From: Candidatus Saccharimonadales bacterium
GTDB lineage: Bacteria; Patescibacteriota; Saccharimonadia; Saccharimonadales; UBA10212
Assembly: GCA_035717985.1 (NCBI GenBank)
Contig: DASTHW010000014.1
Span: 81,691-145,690, forward strand
DNA length: 64,000 nucleotides
Reading direction: 5' to 3'
The notes below the pieces were generated by a model that searched no databases, had not been told where the DNA came from, and saw only the letters and a program-made list of their open reading frames with translations. The position numbers and the translations under genes were made by a program. Shown one piece after another: positions 37,799 to 45,942 of this stretch; positions within the stretch are counted from its first letter, which is position 1, and each line of letters opens with the position of its first letter.

Positions 37799-38346
37799 AG
37801 GCCATTATTTTTCATGGAACGGATGACAGGCCGGGCGCCTACTGGCAGACCTGGCTGGCCGAAGAGTTGAAAAAAGCCGGTCTCAATGTGGAAACGCCCG
37901 CCTACCCGGAAATTAACCATGAGGCGATAGAAACGTTTTTGCCCAAAGTTTTAATCGCCCACAGCTTTGATGAAAATACTGTTTTAGTTGGCCATTCGGC
38001 CGGCGGGCCGCTGATTTTAAGTATTTTAGAGAATATTGATACTAAAATCCGGCTGGCTGTGTTGGTGGCTGGCTACAGTATGCGGGTGCCAGGCGAGGCT
38101 AAAGATCCGGTTCTGCAAGATAGTTATGATTGGGCCAAAATAAAAGCCCACTGCCAAGATTTTGTATTCATCAACTCCATTAATGACCCGTGGGGCTGTG
38201 ACGATAAGCAAGGGAGGGTGATGTTTGATAAGCTTGGCGGCACTCTAATTATCCGCGACGAAGGCCACTTTGGCTCCGGCAAGTATAACCAGCCGTACCC
38301 GCAGTTGCCGCTGGTCCGAGACTTAATTTTGGAGGCCGCAAAATGA
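37795..38346 (+). CDS. Alpha/beta serine hydrolase, YdeN/RBBP9-like
   Basis: 183 aa. Nucleophile elbow LVGHSAGG, later NDPWG/DEGHF (Asp and His candidates). ATGA overlaps with both neighbours. Confidence 0.7.
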   Translation: MKAIIFHGTDDRPGAYWQTWLAEELKKAGLNVETPAYPEINHEAIETFLPKVLIAHSFDENTVLVGHSAGGPLILSILENIDTKIRLAVLVAGYSMRVPGEAKDPVLQDSYDWAKIKAHCQDFVFINSINDPWGCDDKQGRVMFDKLGGTLIIRDEGHFGSGKYNQPYPQLPLVRDLILEAAK

Positions 38347-40856
38347 AGGTCAGTGTTAATTGGGTTCGTACAATGAACCAAAACTACGGCTGTAGTGACA
38401 GCTCGGAGCTCAAGGATATCAATAAATTGGTTGAGAAAATTGGCGCCCAGCTGGGAGCGGTAGAGGAAGTAATAAATCTAGGCGAACGTTACCAGGGGAT
38501 TGTTGTAGCCAAAGTAGTGGAATGCGTTAAACACCCTAACGCCGACAAACTGAGCCTTTGCTTAATTGATGATAATAATGTCGTGAAGGACGTTAAGAGA
38601 AACGAAAATGGCCTGGTGCAAGTAGTTTGCGGCGCCCCCAATGTTAGGGCGGGGATTAGCGCAGCCTGGATCCCGCCCGGCGCTGTCGTGCCGAGCACTT
38701 TTGACAAAGACCCGTTTGTCATTTCGGCCAGACCCATAAGGAATAAAACTAGCCATGGGATGCTAGCTAGCGCCCGCGAGCTGGCCCTTGGCGACGACCA
38801 CGAAGGTATACTGATTTTGGACGGGGATACTAAGCCGGGCACACCCCTAACCCAGGCACTGAACCTAGACGACTACATAATCGATATTGAGAATAAGATG
38901 TTTACCCACCGGCCGGATTTATTCGGCATTCTGGGCATTGCCCGCGAGATTGCCGGCATTTATGGCAAGCCATTTAAGAGCCCGGCTTGGTATGACGAGT
39001 ACGCTGATGTTTTGGCTGACGGCCGCAAAAACGTACTGAAACTGACCGTTAAAAATGAGGTGCCAAAATTGGTGCCGCGCTTTTGTGCCATCGCTATCAA
39101 AGATGTAAAAGTGGCCGACAGCCCGGCCTGGCTGAAGGCCTGGTTGGCTCGCGTCGGTATCCGGCCGATTAACAATATCGTGGATGCTACTAACTTTTTT
39201 ATGTATGAGACGGCCCAGCCCTTGCACGCCTATGACTACGACAAAGTTAAGACCGGCACCTTAGGCGTGAGCCTTAGCAAGAAGGGCGAAAAGCTAAAGC
39301 TACTGGGCGGCAAAGAAGTAACTTTAAACGACGGCGCGGTGGTAATTACTGATGGAGATAAGCCGGTCGGCCTGGGCGGTGTGATGGGCGGCGCCGACAC
39401 CGAAGTGGATAAGACTACTAAAAATATTATTTTAGAGGTAGCCAATTTTGATATGAATACTACGCGGCGCACGGCTATGGCCTACGGCCTTTTCACCGAC
39501 GCCGCTACCCGTTTTACTAAAAATCAAAGCCCGCGCCAAAACCGGGCAGTGCTGGTTAAAGCCGTCAGCGATATTCGGGCACTGGCCGGCGGGCGGGCAG
39601 CCAGCCCGATAGTTGACATTAATTATGCCGAGGCTCGATCCAAGACCGTAGAGGTATCGGCTGATTTTATAAACGCCAGGCTTGGTCTAAAACTAACCAT
39701 CGCCGAAATCAAACATTTGTTGGAAAATGTGGAGTTTGGGGTAAGCGCAGAGAGGACTGGTCTGCTCCGAATCACAGCTCCGTTTTGGCGCACAGATATA
39801 GAAATCCCTGAAGATATAGTCGAAGAAGTAGGTCGCCTGTATGGCTACGACCACCTGCCGCAAGTTGTGCCAAACCGGCCCTTATCGCCGGCCCAGCCGG
39901 ACAAACTACTAGTCCTTAAAGCCCGCTTGCGCGATATCTTAGCCAGCGCCGGCGCTAATGAGGTGCTGACCTATAGTTTCGTTAACGAGAGACTACTTAG
40001 GACTGTCGGCCAGGAACCAAAAGAGGCCTACCACATCAAAAACGCGCTGAGCCCGGACCTGCAGTATTACCGGTTGAGCTTGACGCCTAGCTTGCTGGAA
40101 AAGGTCAATCCTAATATTCGTGCTGGTTTTGAGCAATTCGTCATATTTGAAATAGGTAAGGCTCACGGTAAAAGTGAGACTGAAAACAGCTTGCCCAAAG
40201 AATTTGAAAGACTGGCATTGGTGCTTGCTAGTAAACCCGCTCAGCCGGGGGCCGCCTTTTTTTGGGCCAAAGCCTATGTGGAATATCTAGCAGAAAAACT
40301 TAATTTAGAGCTGGGATACGAACCGCTGGAAGAGACTAAATTCGCCTTCAAGGACCATAAATTGTTTACTCAAATGCTGGCGCCTTATGAACCCAAGCGG
40401 ACCGCCTTAATTTTTGCCGGTGACAGGCTGGCTGGGGCGGTAGGCGAATTTAAGGTTGGCCCAAAATCTGCTCTGAAACTTCCGCAGGTATGCGCCGGCG
40501 CGGAGCTATTTTTATCAACTTTGGGCCCTGCGCGCGGGGATGTTTACCGACCGCTGAACAAGTATCCGTCTACGGAACAAGATATTTGCTTTAGAACGGC
40601 AGTTAAATTTAGCTGGGGAGAATTAACTGATTTTATAAGTGGCTCGCTAGGTAAATTAGCCCAATCGTACGGCTATGACCGGGCTATCGAGCCGCTAGAC
40701 ATTTACCAGCGAGCCGGGGATAGGGGGCATAAGCAGACTACTTGGCGAATAACTTTAAGCCACCCGGAGCGCACGCTAACAACCGAGGAAGTGAATAAGC
40801 TTTTTGATAAACTAGAATCATTAGTTAAAAAAGAATTTAAAGCGGAAAGGATTTAG
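38343..40856 (+). CDS. pheT: Phenylalanine--tRNA ligase beta subunit
   Basis: N-terminal tRNA-binding domain (VVAKVVECVKHPNADKLSLCLIDD), B3/4 and B5 regions, and a C-terminal anticodon-binding-like domain. 837 aa. Confidence 0.96.
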   Translation: MKVSVNWVRTMNQNYGCSDSSELKDINKLVEKIGAQLGAVEEVINLGERYQGIVVAKVVECVKHPNADKLSLCLIDDNNVVKDVKRNENGLVQVVCGAPNVRAGISAAWIPPGAVVPSTFDKDPFVISARPIRNKTSHGMLASARELALGDDHEGILILDGDTKPGTPLTQALNLDDYIIDIENKMFTHRPDLFGILGIAREIAGIYGKPFKSPAWYDEYADVLADGRKNVLKLTVKNEVPKLVPRFCAIAIKDVKVADSPAWLKAWLARVGIRPINNIVDATNFFMYETAQPLHAYDYDKVKTGTLGVSLSKKGEKLKLLGGKEVTLNDGAVVITDGDKPVGLGGVMGGADTEVDKTTKNIILEVANFDMNTTRRTAMAYGLFTDAATRFTKNQSPRQNRAVLVKAVSDIRALAGGRAASPIVDINYAEARSKTVEVSADFINARLGLKLTIAEIKHLLENVEFGVSAERTGLLRITAPFWRTDIEIPEDIVEEVGRLYGYDHLPQVVPNRPLSPAQPDKLLVLKARLRDILASAGANEVLTYSFVNERLLRTVGQEPKEAYHIKNALSPDLQYYRLSLTPSLLEKVNPNIRAGFEQFVIFEIGKAHGKSETENSLPKEFERLALVLASKPAQPGAAFFWAKAYVEYLAEKLNLELGYEPLEETKFAFKDHKLFTQMLAPYEPKRTALIFAGDRLAGAVGEFKVGPKSALKLPQVCAGAELFLSTLGPARGDVYRPLNKYPSTEQDICFRTAVKFSWGELTDFISGSLGKLAQSYGYDRAIEPLDIYQRAGDRGHKQTTWRITLSHPERTLTTEEVNKLFDKLESLVKKEFKAERI

Positions 40857-40858
40857 TC

Positions 40859-41401
40859 TTGAGAAGTAAAGCGCGCCGCGCCGGCTGGCTGTTTTTAACG
40901 GCACTATTTGTTTTTACGGCCATTGGCCTGGGGGTTTGGGCCTTTTGGGCGGATACGCACCCGAGTAAGCAAAATCAAGACAACAACTCTCAAAACGCCA
41001 GCGCCAGTTGCACCTTTAGTGCGAACACTCCAGCTAAAACCCTGCCGGCACCAGCGGCCTATAAGCCCGGTCCGTCTAGCAAACTGCAGATTACTGACTT
41101 AACAAAAGGTAGCGGCCGGACGGTGCAGGCTGGCGACTGTCTAACTGTCAAATACTACGGCACCCTAGCCGATAATGGCACCGTTTTTGACCAAGATTTT
41201 TCTTCACCGCTAGCCCTGCAGTTTCCGGTGGGCACCGGCCAGGTGATACCGGGCTGGGATGAGGGGCTAATCGGCATGAAGGTAGGCGGCATGCGTCGGC
41301 TGGTAATTCCGCCAAGTCTAGCCTACGGCTCCCAGGCCCAAGGGGCAATTCCGCCTAATTCTACTTTGGTATTTTGGGTTAAGCTGATTTCGATTAAGTA
41401 G
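40859..41401 (+). CDS. FKBP-type peptidyl-prolyl cis-trans isomerase, membrane-anchored/exported
   Basis: TTG start. N-terminal TM, then VKYYGTLADNGTVFDQDF...FPVGTGQVIPGWDEGLIGMKVGGMRRLVIPPSLAYG. Confidence 0.9.
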   Translation: MRSKARRAGWLFLTALFVFTAIGLGVWAFWADTHPSKQNQDNNSQNASASCTFSANTPAKTLPAPAAYKPGPSSKLQITDLTKGSGRTVQAGDCLTVKYYGTLADNGTVFDQDFSSPLALQFPVGTGQVIPGWDEGLIGMKVGGMRRLVIPPSLAYGSQAQGAIPPNSTLVFWVKLISIK

Positions 41402-41404
41402 AGT

Positions 41405-41572
41405 CATCGCCCACGCACCGACAGTACCTGCTTGACGGCAGAGCCGCCAACTCCGTACGGTCTTTTGGCAGTCAGCGTTGTCGTCTAGCTCCGTGGCGCA
41501 CTCGTCGTATTTCAATACGCCTCGTTTGCTACTCGCTGACTCCTAGCATACTGCTCAAATGCGTGAGCGATG
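41405..41572. repeat. Structured element A: about 168 nt closed by a 13-nt imperfect inverted repeat, with nested hairpins
   Basis: CATCGCcCACGCA (41405-41417) pairs with TGCGTGaGCGATG (41560-41572). Inner 8-bp stem AGTCAGCG (41470-41477) / CGCTGACT (41534-41541). Apical hairpin CGTAT-ttca-ATACG (41506-41519). Confidence 0.6.
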
Positions 41573-41598
41573 GGGTAAAAAACACAATATATAGCGTC

Positions 41599-41627
41599 TT
41601 GCCAAAAACCCAGGCACTAATTAAACT
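41599..41627 (+). promoter_or_regulatory. Candidate promoter for the glutaredoxin-like gene (TTGCCA-N17-TAAACT)
   Basis: Hexamers at 41599-41604 and 41622-41627 with a 17-nt spacer, about 55 nt upstream of ATG 41681. Confidence 0.35.
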
Positions 41628-41680
41628 ATTAGCAGTTAGCCTTAAAAGCAAACAAAAATAACAAAAAAGGAGGGGCTCAA

Positions 41681-41929
41681 ATGGCTAAGAATATTACTGT
41701 CTTTACAACCAACACCTGCTCGTACTGTGTGATGGTGAAGCGCTTTTTGGATATGAAGGGGCAAAAATACGAGGTCGTAAATCTAGACGACAGCCCGGAG
41801 CGCCAGCAGGAAGTTTTAGCCATTTCTGGTGCGCTGACGGTGCCCGTCACGGTGGTGACTAAGGACGACGATTCGCAGGAAGTGGTGGTGGGTTACAACC
41901 TTTCCCGCCTCGCCCCCGCCGTCGCGTAA
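41681..41929 (+). CDS. Glutaredoxin-like protein (NrdH/YruB-type thioredoxin fold)
   Basis: 82 aa with redox motif CSYC in VFTTNTCSYCVMVKRFL, and TVPV (cis-Pro loop). GGAGGGG ribosome-binding site. Confidence 0.88.
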   Translation: MAKNITVFTTNTCSYCVMVKRFLDMKGQKYEVVNLDDSPERQQEVLAISGALTVPVTVVTKDDDSQEVVVGYNLSRLAPAVA

Positions 41930-42044
41930 CATTTTCGTGGCACTATGCGGCGTCATGGCCTCCATGTGCCGCGAGCAGTATTATTCCATACAGCTCGCTT
42001 GCATACTCGGTCATTCCTTGCCTAGCGCTCACGAAAGATGTTAC
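41926..42044. repeat. Structured element B: about 119 nt closed by an imperfect inverted repeat of about 15 nt; related to element A
   Basis: GTAACATTTTCGTG (41926-41939) pairs with CACGAAAGATGTTAC (42030-42044) with one bulged base. Inner hairpin GCGAGCaGTAT-tattcc-ATACaGCTCGC (41971-41998). Shares the CTCC(g/a)TG..GC.C, GTAT..ATAC, CTCG.TTGC and ATACT blocks with element A. Confidence 0.6.
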
Positions 42045-42131
42045 TAAAAGCTCAATTACAAGTGGCTTCCTTGTATTTTGTTAGCAAATTACGCTACGGC
42101 TAAACGCAGAAAAACTGTAGAATAGGAGTTT

Positions 42132-43112
42132 ATGGAAGAACAAGATAAAAAGGTCCTAGATTTAGCCATCGTGGGGGCAGGGCCGGCGGCCCTCTCCGCC
42201 GCCATTTACACCAGCCGCGAAGATATTGACACTACTTTATTTGAAAAAGGCGTGATTGGCGGCCTGGCGGCCGTGACCGATCAAGTGGATAATTACCCCG
42301 GTTTTGCCGACGGCGTGGAGGGGCTAAAACTGGCTGATGCCATGCGTGCCCAAGCCGAGCGCTTTGGCGCTCGTATTGAGCTGGGTGAAGTTATGAGCAT
42401 TAAAAAAGCCGGCGACCTGATAAAAATGGATACCACTAGCGGGCCGCTGTCAGCCAAAGCTGTGCTGATTGCTACTGGTAGCGACTATCGCAAGATTGGT
42501 GTACCTGGTGAGATGGAATATTACGCCCGCGGCGTGCACTACTGCGCCACCTGCGACGGCGCCTTTTACCGCGACAAAAAACTAGTAGTGGTCGGTGGCG
42601 GCAATTCAGCCGTGCAGGAGTCAATTTTCTTAACCCGTTTTGCCAGCCATATCGACATGCTGGTACGGGCCGATAAGTTTCGGGCCAGCGACGTGCTCCA
42701 GCACGAGCTTGATAAGCATAAAGATAAAATCACCGTACACTTTAATACCGCCACTGATGAGATAGTTGGCCAAGACGGTAAAGTAATAAAAGTAGTTGGC
42801 ACAGATAAAACTGCCGGTAAAAAGGTAGATTTCCCAACCGACGGCGTGTTTGTGTTTGTAGGATTAGACCCCAACACTAAATTCTTGGACGGTTCTGGTG
42901 TGGACTTGGATGAGCGGCGCTTTATAAAAAGCGATGAGCGGCTAATGACCAGCGTGCCCGGCATCTTTGTAGCTGGCGACGTTCGCTCTGGGGCCACCAT
43001 GCAGATAGCCAGCGCCACTGGCGAGGGTGCTACGGCCGCTCTGATGATCCGTGAATACTTAGATAATCATCAAAAGACCTCAACCGCCACAGTAGCCACG
43101 CTTTACGGCTAA
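42132..43112 (+). CDS. trxB: Thioredoxin-disulfide reductase
   Basis: IVGAGPAALSAAIY (FAD-binding site), redox-active CATCDG, and VVGGGNSAVQES (NADPH-binding site). Confidence 0.95.
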   Translation: MEEQDKKVLDLAIVGAGPAALSAAIYTSREDIDTTLFEKGVIGGLAAVTDQVDNYPGFADGVEGLKLADAMRAQAERFGARIELGEVMSIKKAGDLIKMDTTSGPLSAKAVLIATGSDYRKIGVPGEMEYYARGVHYCATCDGAFYRDKKLVVVGGGNSAVQESIFLTRFASHIDMLVRADKFRASDVLQHELDKHKDKITVHFNTATDEIVGQDGKVIKVVGTDKTAGKKVDFPTDGVFVFVGLDPNTKFLDGSGVDLDERRFIKSDERLMTSVPGIFVAGDVRSGATMQIASATGEGATAALMIREYLDNHQKTSTATVATLYG

Positions 43113-43166
43113 GCCGTCCCTAAACTTTGCTAAAATAGCAGTTAAAGACAACCGAAGGAGGAAGTA

Positions 43167-43697
43167 GTGGCTGATTTTAATCAAGTTCTGGAACCGGGCG
43201 ATTACCAAAATGGGATCGTCAATACTGTTATTGAAATACCCAAAGGCTCGACCAACAAAATCGAATGGGACCGGCAGAGAGCGGCCTTTATGCTAGACCG
43301 GGTAGAACCAGCCATTTTTGCTAAACCGGTAAACTACGGCTTTATCCCGCAAACTCTAGATGAGGACGGCGACGAACTGGATACACTGGTAGTAACCGAC
43401 GAGCCATTGCCGACCGGCGTCTGGCTAGAGGCTCGGATTATCGGCATTTTTAATTTCGAGGATCAGGGCGAGGCCGACCACAAAGTGGTGGTAGTGCCAG
43501 CCGACGATCGTCACACCGACAACCGGATTAAGTCTTTGGACGATCTTGGTGAGCGCTGGAAACAGGAAATTGAACACCACTTTGCCCACTATAAAGACCT
43601 TTATAAGCCCGGCAGTACCAAAGTACTGGGCTGGGGCGATGCCGAGGCGGCCAAACAGGTTGTCAAAGAGTCCATCGACCGCCATAGCACAAAATGA
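43167..43697 (+). CDS. ppa: Inorganic pyrophosphatase (family I)
   Basis: GTG start after AAGGAGG. Motifs YGFIPQTLDEDGDELDTLVV and DHKVVVVPADD. Confidence 0.93.
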   Translation: MADFNQVLEPGDYQNGIVNTVIEIPKGSTNKIEWDRQRAAFMLDRVEPAIFAKPVNYGFIPQTLDEDGDELDTLVVTDEPLPTGVWLEARIIGIFNFEDQGEADHKVVVVPADDRHTDNRIKSLDDLGERWKQEIEHHFAHYKDLYKPGSTKVLGWGDAEAAKQVVKESIDRHSTK

Positions 43698-44473
43698 ACT
43701 ACACCTCCGGCTGGTTTGAGTCTGCGCAAAAGGTAATCATGGGCGTGCTGGCTGAAGCGCGGCCGGAGCTATTAAAATTCCACGGTAATATCACTCATGA
43801 GCTGAAGGCTGACCGTTCCATTGTCACCCGGCTTGATAAAGAACTAGAAATAAAAATTAAAGACGCTCTTAAAAAATATGACGGCGGCGTTGGCTTTTTG
43901 GGCGAGGAGTACGGCCGGGAAGGTAATGAAAAAAGCTACTGGCTGGTTGACCCGATTGACGGCACTGAGCACTTTACTCGCGGCCTGCCTGGCGCCCGCA
44001 ATTTGCTGACTTTTATTGATAAGAATCAGCCGCAGTATGCGCTAGCCTACCGCTTTCCGACTGATGATTTATTTACGGCTATCGCCGGCCGGGGCACAAC
44101 TAAAAACGGCCAAAAAGTAACTTTAAGCCAGCGCCCGCTTGATAGAGCCTGGCTGGAATTCTCGGTCAATATGCGCTTGTCCGACGGCTACGCAATTTAT
44201 CAAAAGCTCCGGCCCAAGATTGCCGGCATTACGATTCATCGGGATTTTCTAGAGATTCTAGAAGGTGCGTTAGAAGGAATTGTAGTATATAAAAGCGCCG
44301 GGCAGGTCTGGGACTATGCACCCAGGGCCCTATTAATAAAAGAAGCTGGCGGGAAGGTTACTAACTTTGGTAAACCAGACTACGATATCAATGATCTGAG
44401 CCTTGTGGCAGTCGCCCCGAGCATTTACGAAGACCTAGTTTCACTGCTAGAAACCGTCAAAGTTGAAGCTTAA
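43694..44473 (+). CDS. Inositol monophosphatase family protein
   Basis: Metal-binding motif WLVDPIDGTEHF and a later WDYAP motif. 4-nt overlap with ppa. Confidence 0.85.
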   Translation: MNYTSGWFESAQKVIMGVLAEARPELLKFHGNITHELKADRSIVTRLDKELEIKIKDALKKYDGGVGFLGEEYGREGNEKSYWLVDPIDGTEHFTRGLPGARNLLTFIDKNQPQYALAYRFPTDDLFTAIAGRGTTKNGQKVTLSQRPLDRAWLEFSVNMRLSDGYAIYQKLRPKIAGITIHRDFLEILEGALEGIVVYKSAGQVWDYAPRALLIKEAGGKVTNFGKPDYDINDLSLVAVAPSIYEDLVSLLETVKVEA

Positions 44474-44544
44474 GCATAAAAAGCCTACAATTTAGATATA
44501 AAGGCAAAAACATTTAGCTTTAAAGATAGGATGGGCACTAATTT

Positions 44545-45816
44545 ATGAAAACAAAAATCGCTATTAACGGCTTTGGGCGGATTGGCCGCAACGCTTTTAA
44601 AATCGCTTTTGAAAGGCCGGATCTGGAAGTAGCGGCCGTTAACGATTTAACTGACACCAAAACTCTGGCGCACCTGCTCAAGCATGACAGCAATTACGGT
44701 ACTTACCAGCACGACGTTAGCTTTGACGAAGAAAATATCATCGTCGACGGCCAAAAAATAAAGGTTTTAGCCGAAAAAGACCCCACTAATTTACCTTGGG
44801 GCGACATGGGTGTCGGGGTGGTCATAGAAGCTACTGGTTTATTTACCCACCATGACGACCTTAAAAAGCATCTTCAGGCTGGCGCTAAAAAAGTTATTTT
44901 ATCGGCGCCCGAAAAAGACGATAACGACCATGATACTTTTGTACTGGGCGTTAACGAGAAGGACATCAAGCCCGAGCACGAGATATTTTCCAATGCTTCG
45001 TGTACTACCAACTGCATTACGCCGGTGATGGCCATACTGGAGCAAGAATTTGGTATCGAAAAAGCCTTTATGACCACCATTCACAGCTACACAGCTAGCC
45101 AGCGCCTGCAAGATGCGCCGGCTAAGGACCTGCGCGAGGCCCGAAACGCGGCCGAGAACATCGTGCCAACTACGACTGGAGCTAGTATTGCCGCCGCTAA
45201 AGCCCTGCCGGCACTAGATGGCATTTTTGGCGGCATGAGCGTACGAGTACCCACACCGGTAGTTTCTTTGAGCGACTTTGCGGTAATCCTTAAAAAAGAT
45301 GTTACGGTTGAGCAGGTTAACGAGGCCTTTAAAAAGGCCGCCGCCGACCCTTACTACCAGGGCATTTTAGACGTAGCTGAAGAGCCGCTAGTTAGCAGTG
45401 ATTACATCGGCAATAGCCATTCGGCGATTGTTGATTTGGCCCTGACGGCCGTCGTTGGCGGTAATTTTGTGAAAGTGGTGGCCTGGTATGACAATGAATG
45501 GGGCTACTCCAACCGGCTGGTAGAATTAACGGCCGACGTCGCTAAACTGCTAAACCCCTCAGCCGAAGACAAAGAGTCTAAAGATGAGCCGGACGCCGAT
45601 AAGCATGAGGACTCTGGCAAGGAAGACGCCTCCCCCGGCCCGACGCCAGACGAAATCCCCGGCCTAGTCCAGGAGGCTGAGCCGGCCCTACCTGCACCGC
45701 ACGAGCTCTTAGAAGGCCATGAATCGCTGGCACACGGCCAAGCACCATCTGGCGAAGACAAACCAGAGCACCCGCACGAAGAACATAAAGAAGGCGAGCA
45801 TCATCACCATAGTTAA
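44545..45816 (+). CDS. gap: Glyceraldehyde-3-phosphate dehydrogenase (type I) with a C-terminal acidic/His-rich extension of about 85 aa
   Basis: INGFGRIGR (NAD-binding site), the catalytic SNASCTTNC, and WYDNEWGYSNRLVEL marking the normal C-terminus. This is followed by PSAEDKESKDEPDADKHEDSGKED...EHPHEEHKEGEHHHHS. Confidence 0.95.
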   Translation: MKTKIAINGFGRIGRNAFKIAFERPDLEVAAVNDLTDTKTLAHLLKHDSNYGTYQHDVSFDEENIIVDGQKIKVLAEKDPTNLPWGDMGVGVVIEATGLFTHHDDLKKHLQAGAKKVILSAPEKDDNDHDTFVLGVNEKDIKPEHEIFSNASCTTNCITPVMAILEQEFGIEKAFMTTIHSYTASQRLQDAPAKDLREARNAAENIVPTTTGASIAAAKALPALDGIFGGMSVRVPTPVVSLSDFAVILKKDVTVEQVNEAFKKAAADPYYQGILDVAEEPLVSSDYIGNSHSAIVDLALTAVVGGNFVKVVAWYDNEWGYSNRLVELTADVAKLLNPSAEDKESKDEPDADKHEDSGKEDASPGPTPDEIPGLVQEAEPALPAPHELLEGHESLAHGQAPSGEDKPEHPHEEHKEGEHHHHS

Positions 45817-45833
45817 AGAGGCCGCGGATGAAT

Positions 45834-45942
45834 CCCGTTAGACTTTACCCTCCAGCAATCAAGCTATATAGCGCGGCGGTCGCCAAATCTGACGTCCAAC
45901 GCATAGTTTTATTACGGTAATTAGGGGCTAAAGTCTAACGGG
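45834..45942. repeat. Perfect 14-bp inverted repeat spanning the gap-rpiB spacer; the right arm abuts the rpiB start codon
   Basis: CCCGTTAGACTTTA (45834-45847) and TAAAGTCTAACGGG (45929-45942). Both arms are next to the direct repeat GGATGAAT. The rpiB ATG is at 45943. Confidence 0.8.

Noticed and set aside
41923-42047. Element B as an integron attC site (GCGTAAC ... GTTACTA ends, a bulged base, overlap with the cassette stop codon)
   Set aside because: There is no intI integrase, no cassette array, and element A lacks the RYYYAAC/GTTRRRY ends. The match to the R''/R' consensus is partial.
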